Source of the DNA: a virus | Taxonomy: Duplodnaviria > Caudoviricetes | IMG/VR virus record: IMGVR_UViG_3300037067_006298 | Location: 12,667 to 76,666 of that record | Length of the DNA: 64,000 nt | Direction: 5' to 3' (one strand) | Shown here: positions 29,466 through 40,349 of the stretch, in pieces | How positions within the stretch are numbered: position 1 is the stretch's first letter | Layout: each line of letters opens with the position of its first letter | Translations under genes and position numbers: made by a program | The notes under the pieces: generated by a model | Databases searched by the model: none | What the model was told of the DNA's origin: nothing | What the model saw: only the letters and a program-made list of their open reading frames with translations

Positions 29466-30686
29466 TTATCTTCCTGTTTCCAATTCGTATGCCTTCTTAC
29501 GTTGCTCCTCTTCTGTTGATACTTTAGGTACAGCAGGTGGATTGTCGTTGTTCTTAGGCGATGGATTGTGGTAAAATTTCAGTAAATCATTTTCGATAAT
29601 AGTTCTCGCACGTTCAAATATGGCGTGGTAGATTTCTGACCGATTTGAGTTCTGAATGTCATCGAACATTGCTTGTGCTACCATCCTGACGTTTGCTTCA
29701 TTAACTTCCAATTGGTTGCTAACTACATAATCAAGAGCGTTTTTTAGCACGGCCTTCTTAGACTCCTCCGGTAATACGAAGTTGACAATAGGTTCTGTTC
29801 CTCCTTTTAAGGTTATCGGAATAGTTGAAAATTCCGCACCCATTTTTTCATTTACCGTTGTCCATGCAGTTTTTTGTTTTTCTTCAACCTCTGGTGTCCA
29901 TTTGGACTGAGGTGAGGCATCTTCTTTTGGAATCTCTGGCATTTTGATCTTCTCTTTCAGAGTTCTTAACCTTTCTCTGGCCTTCGCTCCATCGGAACTT
30001 ACACCAATAAGATTAGTGTCGTGGTCAAAAATGAGTTTATCCAACTCCTCCTGAGTAAGTTCTCCAGACTCTACCCTTTTGGGGTCAATAAGCGAGGAAT
30101 CCACATTATACTTCTTCTCGAAGTATTTGCGTACCTGTGGTTCCTTTCCTGCGAATGCCGGGTTCTCAATGATATGTTGCATGACCAACGCATCCATGTC
30201 ACTCATGTTTGCTAAATCAGTGCTGTTAATCTTATTGAAAACGATGGCGTCTTTAATACCTGTCTCACGTGCAAACTCATTAAACTTCGCAATGTCGTCA
30301 CTTGCAAAGGCGTGTTTTGGTTTTTTCGCTAATGAATCTGTAAGTTCCTGAGTCTTCTGTCTCAGAGTCGTCAGTTCCTTAAATGCTTCAGGTATTGCTT
30401 TTTTGGCATCATCAACCGTCTTAAACTGATCACCGAATATCTCATTCAGTATGCCAGTGCGGATGGCCTCGATGTCGGGTACAATATCTTTTATGGGTTC
30501 TGTTTTGGAAGTATTTACAACGGGTTCGGTTTTAACCGGTTCAGTCTTTCCTGTATCGGGTACAACCGGTTCCTCCGTTATCCCGTTTAGTTTATTGATT
30601 TGTGTTGCTATTGATGCTGTGTCCACACCCTCAATTGACATGAGTGCGTCCATTTCTGAATCACCGCCTGCTTGTTTCTTTGCCAT
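29466..30686 (-). CDS. Putative scaffold/capsid assembly protein
   Basis: Acidic, helical, lies between portal and MCP. Confidence 0.55.
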   Translation of the reverse strand: MAKKQAGGDSEMDALMSIEGVDTASIATQINKLNGITEEPVVPDTGKTEPVKTEPVVNTSKTEPIKDIVPDIEAIRTGILNEIFGDQFKTVDDAKKAIPEAFKELTTLRQKTQELTDSLAKKPKHAFASDDIAKFNEFARETGIKDAIVFNKINSTDLANMSDMDALVMQHIIENPAFAGKEPQVRKYFEKKYNVDSSLIDPKRVESGELTQEELDKLIFDHDTNLIGVSSDGAKARERLRTLKEKIKMPEIPKEDASPQSKWTPEVEEKQKTAWTTVNEKMGAEFSTIPITLKGGTEPIVNFVLPEESKKAVLKNALDYVVSNQLEVNEANVRMVAQAMFDDIQNSNRSEIYHAIFERARTIIENDLLKFYHNPSPKNNDNPPAVPKVSTEEEQRKKAYELETGR

Positions 30687-30726
30687 AGTTAGTTGTTATT
30701 TGGTTTTACAAATTTATGAAAATTCC

Positions 30727-33018
30727 TTATGCCGATACCGGAACTTGATTTTTTGCCGTGTCCTGAACAATACTTAAACTGGATTGAAGACCAAGTTTTT
30801 CCATATCTCTTGAATGTTGAAGTTGGGCATATTTCTCATCAATAGCTTTTTTGGCTTCATATAGTTTGATTTGTTCGTCTGTTTTGACTTTTTCCTCGTT
30901 CTCTAATAATTGATTTTTGAGTTGAATTGCTTCTTGTTCTCGTTGTTTATCTAAGTTCATATTGGCTTCTTGTAGTTTTTGTTGCTTCTCTTTGTTCTTT
31001 TTTGTTTTATAATTCAAAAATGCTTCAGCATATTTTAAACTACCAGACTCCAAAAGTCTTTCTATCATCAAAAAGTCAGCCAACTCAATTCCAATTATTC
31101 CATCCCTGTCCGGTGACATTGCCTTTGTCGCTGCATTAAGAATACTTACTTTCCTCTCTCTCGTGGGTTTCGCTTCATATTTGATGAAGTAATTCGCATC
31201 TACGGTATCTGCACCAACGCTTATGACCTGTACCCCGATATTGCCTATTACTGGCATATATCCTGTATAGGCTTCTTTGTCGTGTTTTATAAGCAATTGC
31301 AGTCTCAGGGATATATTCTTTGCAGTTTGTTCTTTTAAGGTTATATAAGCTCCATAAATTGAGCGTAAGGCATTATTTGTTGCTGCCATTGCGATTTCCG
31401 ATCCTCCTACTGACTGTTCAGGATTTGGAGTTGTTGCATCCGCTATTTGATTTATACCCGTGAGGTCACGAATAGCATTGGTATTAAATTCAAATATCGT
31501 GATGAACTCTCCAAGTTGCGCTCCGATGCCTCCCTTTAACTCTTCGATTGGATTACGTCCACTCGGGGTGTTCATTACTCCCTTATGAGTAGTTGCCTTC
31601 CAAATCAAATTACCGGTCTGTCTCTGTATTTTCAGAATTTCAAGAGGTTCCATCTTGTTCTTCCCAAGAGTCATGTTCTGTAAAGAGGTAAATTCGATAG
31701 CGATTCCGGGAGGTGATGCCATTGCAATAGCATTTTGCAACTTACAATAAGTTAGGGCTATCTGATGTAGGTGAGATTCTGAAAGACTTACAAGCGATCT
31801 GTAAGGTAGTTTATAAAGATGATACGATAATTCCACTTCTTTCTTACCCGGACGTGGCACGTCAAACTGTAATCCAAAATCGTACACGTGATCTGTGCCT
31901 ACTATCCATTTGCATTTATAAACAACTTTGATATCAAACTTCTCAGTCTTTTTCTTATCTGTGTTATGAACTTTTCCCCATTCCTCATCATAGGTTAATT
32001 CAGTTCCGTATTGCGTTGTGCGAGTAGTACGGTAACGACTATCTATTGAAAACCACTCACTATCCATTACATCAACAAGGAATCCATCATAAGTGCCTGA
32101 ATGAGTATCCGTGCTGTATGAGTAAGTACTCAAATCAGGATTACCGTTCATCCCTTCGTATTCCTTTGCTAATGCGAGGAGTTCTTCTTCTTTTATTTCA
32201 GGATTGAATTTACGGAGATCAGAAATAAGTACCTGAATCAACTCTCCCGCATATTCCATGTTTTTGTGATCAACCGATTTTGAGTATTGCCCGACAAAAA
32301 CTGCGGGGTCAACGTATCTTACTTTTACTTTTTTGGTGTACTGATCGGTATAGTCTTTTGTTGCTGCACAATTTATCACGCAAAGGTCTCTGATTATTTG
32401 TCTCTTTATCTCTTTCCATTCAGAGATATAAAACGTGTAATCAAGCCCCTGTTCAATCTCAATTTCCTTTGCGAGTTTAAATCCTCCGGCTCCTTCGTAT
32501 AGATTTAGTTCCTCCATACTTTCAGGAACATATTCTCCTGTGCGGTCGATGCCCATAGATTGATCTATGTAATTGAGGATTTCTTTGAACTTCATCCGGT
32601 ACTGCATATCCAATTTTGCAGATTCTTTTTCTTCCGTACTCGAAGGGTCAACTGCTGTTGCTACTACCTGGTGATCGGTTTGTTCCAACATCCCCTCTAC
32701 TACCCTTAAAAATTTTGGCATGACAGAGAATACATCCCAGTTGATATTCATGTAACCTGTCATCTTTGCATTGGGGTCTGCTACTTCGAGTAGTATTTTC
32801 TGATATTGACGTGGATCTTGTTTTCCGTCTGCTAATTCTCTTAATGAAGCAAATTCACTTACGGTAGAAAATGGTATTGCGCTTTTGCCTGTCTTCCATC
32901 TTGAATACATGGCTTCGCACCACTTCTTTCCCCATTCTTCATTTTTCTCTTTTGGATTAATGTCATCCTTTGGAAACGGATAACCTCCTTTGGTGTATTT
33001 TTCGAGCGAAACTGGCAT
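30727..33018 (-). CDS. Portal protein
   Basis: 763 aa after terL; INWDVFSVMPKFLRVVEG, KVRYVDPA, VVYKCKWIVGT blocks resemble crAss-like portals. Confidence 0.8.
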   Translation of the reverse strand: MPVSLEKYTKGGYPFPKDDINPKEKNEEWGKKWCEAMYSRWKTGKSAIPFSTVSEFASLRELADGKQDPRQYQKILLEVADPNAKMTGYMNINWDVFSVMPKFLRVVEGMLEQTDHQVVATAVDPSSTEEKESAKLDMQYRMKFKEILNYIDQSMGIDRTGEYVPESMEELNLYEGAGGFKLAKEIEIEQGLDYTFYISEWKEIKRQIIRDLCVINCAATKDYTDQYTKKVKVRYVDPAVFVGQYSKSVDHKNMEYAGELIQVLISDLRKFNPEIKEEELLALAKEYEGMNGNPDLSTYSYSTDTHSGTYDGFLVDVMDSEWFSIDSRYRTTRTTQYGTELTYDEEWGKVHNTDKKKTEKFDIKVVYKCKWIVGTDHVYDFGLQFDVPRPGKKEVELSYHLYKLPYRSLVSLSESHLHQIALTYCKLQNAIAMASPPGIAIEFTSLQNMTLGKNKMEPLEILKIQRQTGNLIWKATTHKGVMNTPSGRNPIEELKGGIGAQLGEFITIFEFNTNAIRDLTGINQIADATTPNPEQSVGGSEIAMAATNNALRSIYGAYITLKEQTAKNISLRLQLLIKHDKEAYTGYMPVIGNIGVQVISVGADTVDANYFIKYEAKPTRERKVSILNAATKAMSPDRDGIIGIELADFLMIERLLESGSLKYAEAFLNYKTKKNKEKQQKLQEANMNLDKQREQEAIQLKNQLLENEEKVKTDEQIKLYEAKKAIDEKYAQLQHSRDMEKLGLQSSLSIVQDTAKNQVPVSA

Positions 33019-33056
33019 TTATCAAAAGATTTTCAACAAAGTTAATGTTTTATCTC

Positions 33057-35279
33057 TTAACTATAAGTCCTTTTCTGAAAGAAGTTGTCAAGCACATATT
33101 CCTTCTCGTTCAATTCTTCTATCTCATCATAAACTCCACGAGTCCCAAGTAATGCATATCCCCCTGCTGTGAATAAGTCATAATTAGTCATGTCTTCAGG
33201 ACCATCAATATCCCTGCACTCTTCAAGAACTTCAATATGAGTTTCAATATCCGCCTCGTTCTCAATCCATGTCATGTACTCAGTAAAAATGTCCTGTTTT
33301 ACTTTGTTTGCAGTAGTCCCGGGAGTTTTGTTTATCTCGAAAGTTTTAGGATCAATCTTAAAAAGTAGATATTCCGAATATCCTCTTTCTACAAAATAAT
33401 CCCAAAGTAACGGAACGTCTATTTCAGGGAACATCTTTACTCCATAATACACGCACATCATAAGCATATCTTCTGCATAGATATTTTTATCAAAAGTTCT
33501 CTGTGCATAGGTGCAGACAAATTTCCGTTTCATTGAAAAATCTCCGTCTCTGATTTTTCCTTTCCTTACAACGGCTCCTCCTCCTTTTGACTTTCTATTT
33601 CCCTCTGTGATATTGAATTTGAATGGGTCTCCTCCTGCTACTCCCCAATGCGTGTTTGCGGGTTCAATTAATCCATCATCATTCCTGATCCACTTATTAG
33701 ATTCACTATCATTTAATTGTTGACTGAGACGAAATTTGCCTTGCGGATTGGCAACAAAAATAACTTTGGAATCCCTGAGATTGTCTTTCCATGCAAAATT
33801 ACCTACCGCAATATCCTGTCGTGCAAAAGTCAGATTGTCAATATAGTTTTCAACTTTGTTCATATTGAACCCTGATGACTTTGATGCGGTTCTGAAACAT
33901 TCTGCAAATCGGATAGGGTATAGTCTTATGTTTTCCGATAATTTCTCTTGGTCTAACTCATACCCTTTTCGTATGTTAAGCAAATACTCGTGTGCTCCTA
34001 TTTTTCTTCCGATGTATTCCGCTTGCATTTTATTTGGTGTTCCCTTTATACTCATCCCGTACGGGTCAATGAATCCCTGTAATCCATCGTCTGCCGGAAT
34101 AAATAAGTTTGCAAGGCCTGACTTAGTTTGTCCGTTCGGGTTTCGTTCATAATACTTACTCATGTTGCACTGGTCTTTAAATGCCTTCCCTCCTCCTTTT
34201 TCCATCTCTCCTACGGTGGAAGTCTTAATGGTGAATCCGATTATATCACCTCCCATTACAAGGCATTCCTTGACTACTGCGTGTCGATCCCAACAAGAAA
34301 GTCCCTTTTTAAGTTTTCCCACCTCGTCATCATGATGAAAATATAGTTTGTCACCATCATAAGCTGACGGGTCTGCCATTTCATAATTAATACCTGATTC
34401 AAGTCCCAAGTCTGACTTTGATAATGCTCCTTTTGAAGATAGTCTGGTCGCCGGAGGTGAAAATGAAAGTTCTGTTTTCGGAGACGTTGAACCCTCGTAA
34501 CTTGGTTTAAAGAAGAAAGGCAATTTCTTCCATGGCGCAACAAGGTGTCTCAGGAAGCATTTACGAGCCTGAACATCATTCATAGACTGAATCCCTCCGA
34601 AAGCTCCCATCGTTCTGCTTATAATCTCGTAGTTGATACATTCAGCCTTGTACGTTGCTCCTTCCCTACGGTGTTTTGCATAATTGAACCCAAAGAATAG
34701 TCTTCTTCCGAAGTCAACCCATTCATATTTTCCGTCTTTGTCTCTTATGGCTTTCCCTTCTGCATCTACTCTTGGTGCCTTTGTTTCGGTGTATATTTTT
34801 CTGGCGAACAAAAAGAATCTTCGATCTCTGTCTCTGTATTTTGGTAATCCTACATCAATAAACCACCATCCGCAATAGAAGTAATGCCACCCGTCAATGT
34901 ATGTTGGTACTCCATTATTGTAGAACCAATATCCCTGAAGCCTTCGTCTCCATTGTAGGTCAATAAACTCTATCTCTTCAGAATAAATATCCTTGTGTTC
35001 CTCCAATTGTTCCCATATCTCATCCAAAGTCTCGTGCTTTGATTGGAGTTCCTTTAATCTCTTTGGTAATTTAGGTGGGTGCCACATCTGTTCCTTTGCC
35101 GGAAGTCCAAAATTATCAATAAGATGAGGTTCTGGAGGCACTGGTAATTCAATCTCTATCGGGAACAAATCTTTATCATCGGTATTGACAAACACACTCT
35201 TCTCTGCATCCTGATATTGTGACAATATTTGAGGATCAACTTCTTTATAATATCTCTTTAAGAGTGCAAGGTGGTTCAT
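33057..35279 (-). CDS. terL: Terminase large subunit
   Basis: AKHRREGAT (Walker A-like), LYFHHDDEVGK (Walker B), VAGGDPF nuclease Asp and C-terminal YDLFTAGG. Confidence 0.9.
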   Translation of the reverse strand: MNHLALLKRYYKEVDPQILSQYQDAEKSVFVNTDDKDLFPIEIELPVPPEPHLIDNFGLPAKEQMWHPPKLPKRLKELQSKHETLDEIWEQLEEHKDIYSEEIEFIDLQWRRRLQGYWFYNNGVPTYIDGWHYFYCGWWFIDVGLPKYRDRDRRFFLFARKIYTETKAPRVDAEGKAIRDKDGKYEWVDFGRRLFFGFNYAKHRREGATYKAECINYEIISRTMGAFGGIQSMNDVQARKCFLRHLVAPWKKLPFFFKPSYEGSTSPKTELSFSPPATRLSSKGALSKSDLGLESGINYEMADPSAYDGDKLYFHHDDEVGKLKKGLSCWDRHAVVKECLVMGGDIIGFTIKTSTVGEMEKGGGKAFKDQCNMSKYYERNPNGQTKSGLANLFIPADDGLQGFIDPYGMSIKGTPNKMQAEYIGRKIGAHEYLLNIRKGYELDQEKLSENIRLYPIRFAECFRTASKSSGFNMNKVENYIDNLTFARQDIAVGNFAWKDNLRDSKVIFVANPQGKFRLSQQLNDSESNKWIRNDDGLIEPANTHWGVAGGDPFKFNITEGNRKSKGGGAVVRKGKIRDGDFSMKRKFVCTYAQRTFDKNIYAEDMLMMCVYYGVKMFPEIDVPLLWDYFVERGYSEYLLFKIDPKTFEINKTPGTTANKVKQDIFTEYMTWIENEADIETHIEVLEECRDIDGPEDMTNYDLFTAGGYALLGTRGVYDEIEELNEKEYVLDNFFQKRTYS

Positions 35280-36121
35280 CTTGGAAATGTATTCTTAATT
35301 ACTTGTTCATAATTAATCGAGAATAAACTTTGCATTTTATGTTCTTCTATTGATAATTTGCTGATCCACCAATAAAACGCTTCATAAGGATCGTTAAAAA
35401 ACTTACTTATGCTTTTTCCCGCATTAATATTCTTTTCAATGGAATTAACTGTTGTTGTTACAAATCGTGGAAACATTTTATATTCTCTCATCCTTTGAGG
35501 TTGTTGTCCTAAAGGACACCCGATACATCCAAGACGATGAAATCCTTTATCATAAAAATCTGAATATGCAAGATTGTTCTTATGAATGTATGCCCATATA
35601 TCTTTAGTCGTCCAGTGCATAATAGGATATACGTGAATCTTATCCTTTATCCTTGTGTCGCAAACTTCCGGTTCTTTAAGTGCTAATAACCGCCTCCCTC
35701 TCTTTGATATTTTTTTTGATGTTTTCCCTCTTTTAGCCCAACTTATTTCTTCTTCCCTTGACTCATCAATTCTTAATCCTTCGTAAGTTTTTGCGCCCTT
35801 ACCGACATATTCTTTTAGATGTTGACAACAAAATCTGTTCTGCCGTGTTGGTAGTCCATATTTTTCAATCAATTCCCAAAAAGAATAACGAGGTTGAATG
35901 ATTTGTACATCAGGAAAATTATTTCTGATAAACGAAATATGCCCGGGAGGATCAATAGTTGTATTTTGATAACTATATGTAAAAGCAAGTCCCGTCTTTC
36001 TGGCTAATTCTTTTAAGACAACACTATCCTTACCTCCCGAAAACTGAACAATATTTTCACGTCTTGGGTCATAAAGACCAATCAGTATTTTGATACTCTG
36101 TTTTTCTAAATCTGTATTCAT
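35276..36121 (-). CDS. PAPS reductase-family (PP-loop) protein
   Basis: QFSGGKDSVVL PP-loop, RFCCQHLKE, GLRIDES, RLGCIGCP. Confidence 0.85.
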   Translation of the reverse strand: MNTDLEKQSIKILIGLYDPRRENIVQFSGGKDSVVLKELARKTGLAFTYSYQNTTIDPPGHISFIRNNFPDVQIIQPRYSFWELIEKYGLPTRQNRFCCQHLKEYVGKGAKTYEGLRIDESREEEISWAKRGKTSKKISKRGRRLLALKEPEVCDTRIKDKIHVYPIMHWTTKDIWAYIHKNNLAYSDFYDKGFHRLGCIGCPLGQQPQRMREYKMFPRFVTTTVNSIEKNINAGKSISKFFNDPYEAFYWWISKLSIEEHKMQSLFSINYEQVIKNTFPR

Positions 36122-37434
36122 CTTCCTCGTAATGTGTATCCTTCCTCGTCATGGTGACAAGTAAGTGTTTTAATAAAATATCCTTTTCTACCTGTCTGCT
36201 TCATTTCTTCGGTAAGTCTTATCCAAAGGTCTGCATCTCCCGGATTCGGTGTCCCTGTGGCCTCAAATACATCCCTATAACGTAATTTAGTGTCCGAATA
36301 CTTCACGCAAGAACTTGATGCTATCATTCCTCCCGGAACCGGATAAAACTCTTCTACTTCGTTATTAAGTGGCTTATATGGCAAGTGGACAGTATTGTAA
36401 CTTGATGCCGTGCAGACAAAAAATGGATTTTTTTCTTCAATAACCCGATTAATGAGTTCCAAATGATTGTTTCCCCATGAGTCATCGTGGTCTAAATGGC
36501 AGATATACTCAATACCATCTTTCAAAGCATGATCTATTCCTGTAATGAAAGCCGTCAATCCTCCGCTACACCACAACTTCATGTCTCCAAATTTATACTT
36601 CTCCCTTTCTACTGAATGTGGCAAGTTGATGCACGTTACATTTGGGTATGGTGTTATTATTGTTTTCAGTTCCATGTCGTTATCATAATGATCTCCTATA
36701 ACATAGACCTGAAAGTTCTTAAATGTCTGAGAATGGATGCTTGCGAGTGCCCGTCTGAGGTATGCAGGAGTCTTCCCGTCTGGTCTCTGATAGGTTGCGA
36801 TAACAACTCCTATCTTTGCTATGTTTTTTTTAAGAATGAAGCAATTACTTTCCGTAACAGTTAATGGAAATGCACCTATCTCATTTTTCATACACCCAAT
36901 AACTTCATATCTATTGCCCATACATGAGACTATGCGATCAATTGCAGGTTTTACTTCGGGACTGAACTGACTATCCATGTAATCATCAAAAACAATATAT
37001 CCTCCCGGTTTCACCATCCCTGAGTACATCTCAAAGTCCTGAGTTACATCAGTAAATGAGTGTCCTCCATCAATGAATAATATATCTATGCCTCCATGAA
37101 TACTATTTCTTATCCTGTTGACTATATTTACGTCATGTGAACTCCCCTGTATGTACTCAAACTTATTTCCGGGATAATTATGTCTTAAAACATTTGCGTA
37201 TGCGATATTTGGGCTTATTGGAGTTCCTGTATCAATGGAAAATACATTAGTCTTAGGTCTTTGAGTCATAAGACATGCGCTCGCTCCCGCATAACACCCG
37301 ATTTCTACATAATTTATTTCACCTTCATACATACTGGCAATGTCATAAAGAACATGAAAGTGATGATGAAATGTTTTTACGGTCTTGCTAATCTCTGCAA
37401 GTAGATCGAGTGACTTTTGAGAATGAATTATCAT
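36118..37434 (-). CDS. Class I SAM methyltransferase (Methyltransf_24-like) fused to a GT2-like glycosyltransferase
   Basis: VEIGCYAGAS, IDILFIDGGHS, GGYIVFDDY; then GVVIATYQR, ICHLDHDDSW (DxD). Confidence 0.8.
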   Translation of the reverse strand: MIIHSQKSLDLLAEISKTVKTFHHHFHVLYDIASMYEGEINYVEIGCYAGASACLMTQRPKTNVFSIDTGTPISPNIAYANVLRHNYPGNKFEYIQGSSHDVNIVNRIRNSIHGGIDILFIDGGHSFTDVTQDFEMYSGMVKPGGYIVFDDYMDSQFSPEVKPAIDRIVSCMGNRYEVIGCMKNEIGAFPLTVTESNCFILKKNIAKIGVVIATYQRPDGKTPAYLRRALASIHSQTFKNFQVYVIGDHYDNDMELKTIITPYPNVTCINLPHSVEREKYKFGDMKLWCSGGLTAFITGIDHALKDGIEYICHLDHDDSWGNNHLELINRVIEEKNPFFVCTASSYNTVHLPYKPLNNEVEEFYPVPGGMIASSSCVKYSDTKLRYRDVFEATGTPNPGDADLWIRLTEEMKQTGRKGYFIKTLTCHHDEEGYTLRGR

Positions 37435-38159
37435 ATAAATTGTAATATTGTTTGTGATTTAAAATTAGCAAATCTCTTTTCTTCTTTATCAAAATAAGAT
37501 TTATCTATCTCAAAACCAATAAAGTTAATTTCTGATTTATATGCAGCTATTCTATTAGAACCACTTCCCAGATGAGTATCAATAACCCACATCCCACTTT
37601 CCCCAAATTCTTTATACATCAAATCATAAATTAATACAGGTTTTTGAGTTGGATGTATTCTTTTTTCATTGAGTTTTTTGTTTCCTTGTTGTATCATTGG
37701 TTCTTTTAAACTTTTGGCTTGCATCATTCCCGCCCAAAGAAGTGGTACTGTTATTTCATAATCAATAAAACTACAATAAGCAACTTCATATCTATTAAAA
37801 CTTACTCCATCGGCGACTCCTTTGTCCCATCTAATCCTTCCGTTTCCTAACCCTGTCCAATTTACAAATTCAACTCCAAAAATTATTTGATGTCTACTGA
37901 TTCTTAAAAGTTCATCAAAGTATTCCTGTCCCGGGACTTCTTTATCCCAATCTTTTAATTCATAAGGTACTTTATTTCTATTTCCATTCAATCTTGTTCC
38001 ATTCTTCTGCTTTACGGTTGTGTTCATTTCTTTTAAAAATGGCATGTTTGCAACATCTTTCCCATAAGGTATGTCACAAACAGCAATATCAAATTGTTTG
38101 TCTTTAAAAGAATATATTTTATTTCTATAATCTTCATTATAGACTATACTGGTTAACAT
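37431..38159 (-). CDS. N6A/N4C DNA methyltransferase (beta class) with a DIPY variant motif
   Basis: IAVCDIPYG (motif IV), IHPTQKP, DTHLGSGS (motif I). Confidence 0.8.
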   Translation of the reverse strand: MLTSIVYNEDYRNKIYSFKDKQFDIAVCDIPYGKDVANMPFLKEMNTTVKQKNGTRLNGNRNKVPYELKDWDKEVPGQEYFDELLRISRHQIIFGVEFVNWTGLGNGRIRWDKGVADGVSFNRYEVAYCSFIDYEITVPLLWAGMMQAKSLKEPMIQQGNKKLNEKRIHPTQKPVLIYDLMYKEFGESGMWVIDTHLGSGSNRIAAYKSEINFIGFEIDKSYFDKEEKRFANFKSQTILQFI

Positions 38160-38857
38160 ATTATTGTTTTGTAATTACAGGTTTTTGTTTGATTGAAAAT
38201 ATTGGGATTGTTTTTTCTAAACTCATAATACGGATGCCCTTTCTGGTAGTAATCCCACGTCAGATGATATGCCTTTGCACCCTTTGTTTTTACCCATCTT
38301 AATCCCTTAGATGCACATGCCATACGAAAATCATCATCTATTGAACGGGGTGCATTAAAGAGAATGTCAAGGTCTTTATTTTGAAGTGTCATCAAATGTG
38401 CTCCACTATCACACCAGATATAATCTTTGGTTACTTGTTTTGCTCTCGGAATCCAATCGGAAGGTTTTGCAATATGATGTGGAAAATTGCTCATATTCAA
38501 ATCTACCGTGCATACCCCTACTTCCGGGTGTTGAAGTATCTGCCAAATCTCCTGAAATGTATTTGCCGTATTATTTACAAGCAAGTCTGCATCAGTAAAA
38601 GTGATATAAGGATATTGTCTTATTAATGGTTGAAAGTCTCTCAGGAATATCTTAACTGCGTTATCCGCTATATTTTCCTCGAACTGAATATATCCTTTTA
38701 GTCTTTGTTGAATTAAAAATGCCTCTATCTGTGGACTGTTTGGACTCTTGTTTTCAACAATGAAGTAATCCTTGTTGTCCATGTACATACTCTCGAAACA
38801 CTTTGCAATATGTTCGTGGTTATTATAACACCATAATATGCAAAGATGATTATTCAT
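38153..38857 (-). CDS. Glycosyltransferase, GT-A fold
   Basis: ILWCYNN, YITFTDADLL (DxD). Confidence 0.6.
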   Translation of the reverse strand: MNNHLCILWCYNNHEHIAKCFESMYMDNKDYFIVENKSPNSPQIEAFLIQQRLKGYIQFEENIADNAVKIFLRDFQPLIRQYPYITFTDADLLVNNTANTFQEIWQILQHPEVGVCTVDLNMSNFPHHIAKPSDWIPRAKQVTKDYIWCDSGAHLMTLQNKDLDILFNAPRSIDDDFRMACASKGLRWVKTKGAKAYHLTWDYYQKGHPYYEFRKNNPNIFNQTKTCNYKTIIC

Positions 38858-39492
38858 TTACGATGATAATTTGGCACGATAACCCTGTCTGTGTTGTTAC
38901 ACGTCAGAAGTTCATTGCTTCCAATATTCACGTCAACTGTTACTCCCGCATGCACGGCACTATCGTTTCCGATATTTATGTGAGGTACCACCGATGATCT
39001 TATGCCAAAGAAGTTCCGATCTCCTATTGTGCAATGTCCGCATACGATTGTTGCGGATAATATATTATGATTTCCTACGGTGCAGTCATGCCCGATGTCG
39101 CACCAGGGAGTAAGGTAATTGAAGTCACCAAGTTTCACATTTGCCCCGATTAGCGACCATGCTCCTACAATGTTTCCCTCTCCCTTTATCTCTGACTGAA
39201 CAATACAAGATGAATGGATGACATTTGGAAATTTGGCTCCCTTTGCCTTCATTATAGCAACTACCTTTTGCCGGAAGTCAATATGTGTCATCCCAAGAAC
39301 AAATACATCATCTGGCCCCGGACGATAATTGTCGATAGTTCCAAGTATGGGATACTTCTGAAGATTGTCGTACTGCTTGTAGTATTTCCCGATGTTCTCA
39401 GGATATTCCAAGAATCCCAAGATGCCTTCAGGAAACAAACTCATTATTTCTGATACGGCACCACCTGTGCCAATTATGATTATATTATTCAT
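38854..39492 (-). CDS. NeuD/PglD-like sugar acyltransferase (left-handed beta-helix)
   Basis: Start MNNIIIIGTGG at 39492, coupled to the degT-like stop; hexapeptide repeats IGHDCTVG, IGDRNFFG. Confidence 0.85.
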   Translation of the reverse strand: MNNIIIIGTGGAVSEIMSLFPEGILGFLEYPENIGKYYKQYDNLQKYPILGTIDNYRPGPDDVFVLGMTHIDFRQKVVAIMKAKGAKFPNVIHSSCIVQSEIKGEGNIVGAWSLIGANVKLGDFNYLTPWCDIGHDCTVGNHNILSATIVCGHCTIGDRNFFGIRSSVVPHINIGNDSAVHAGVTVDVNIGSNELLTCNNTDRVIVPNYHRK

Positions 39493-40129
39493 GTTGTGTA
39501 TAAATTTTGTGTTTACTGAGGTCGGGGTACGGTAACTCGATGTCCGGCATTTGTTTTTTTGTACCATTAACGTTATAAAACTTCGCCATATTGAGAAGTC
39601 CAAGAGATGCAATCATTGGATTCATGTAAAAGTTATAACCAATCATCTTAAAAGAATCCTGAACAAGATAACCGCACTCCTCTCTTCCTGAGAAACGAGC
39701 CTTTTTAAACCACACATAAGCATCATAATTATCAGTTAAAATACACCCTCCCTTCCCCAGATTCAAGTGCTTATAAGCTCCTGTGAATGAACAACACATA
39801 TAGGTATCTGGTAAGTACATATCCCCTGTGAATCTGAGTGCGGAATCCCATACTTTGCTTCCAAGTAACGGATACGCTCCTTTCAAATATCCATCTACAC
39901 TTCCTGTTGGTTTATAGAACTTTACATTTCCTCCTGCATGTATGATTTCGCACGGAATTGACGGATAGGTATAGCAAGGTATAACGATATCCTTCCCTTT
40001 GATGTTATCATACATCAACGCAAGGAATATAGCATTGCTTTGATTATCTACCGTTACACAATATGGTGCTCCGGTGTATTTGCATATTTCCTCCTCAAAA
40101 GCCCTTGTTACTTCATGCACGTTGTTCAT
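39485..40129 (-). CDS. Short DegT/DnrJ/EryC1/StrS-family PLP aminotransferase
   Basis: FEEEICKYTGAPYCVTVDN, WDSA (PLP Asp), SFTGAYK (PLP Lys), GGCILTD; only 214 aa. Confidence 0.8.
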   Translation of the reverse strand: MNNVHEVTRAFEEEICKYTGAPYCVTVDNQSNAIFLALMYDNIKGKDIVIPCYTYPSIPCEIIHAGGNVKFYKPTGSVDGYLKGAYPLLGSKVWDSALRFTGDMYLPDTYMCCSFTGAYKHLNLGKGGCILTDNYDAYVWFKKARFSGREECGYLVQDSFKMIGYNFYMNPMIASLGLLNMAKFYNVNGTKKQMPDIELPYPDLSKHKIYTQHE

Positions 40130-40349
40130 AGCATTTCTTTATTTCGTTTTCGATTAACTTAAAACTTATCAAATTTCCTACTGCCTCGTCCGGGATTATT
40201 ATGTCAAACTCCCTTTCCAGAAATACAATCATCTGTACGTGATGTATGGAATCCCAATTTGAGGTATTATCCATATTGGACTGATCGGTTATTTTCTCAA
40301 TAGGCATCTCGAATACCCTTGCCATAACCTTTTTTATTCTCTCATTCAT
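40113..40349 (-). CDS. Acyl carrier protein
   Basis: 78 aa, acidic; WDSIHHVQMIVFLEREF phosphopantetheine Ser motif. Confidence 0.9.
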   Translation of the reverse strand: MNERIKKVMARVFEMPIEKITDQSNMDNTSNWDSIHHVQMIVFLEREFDIIIPDEAVGNLISFKLIENEIKKCYEQRA

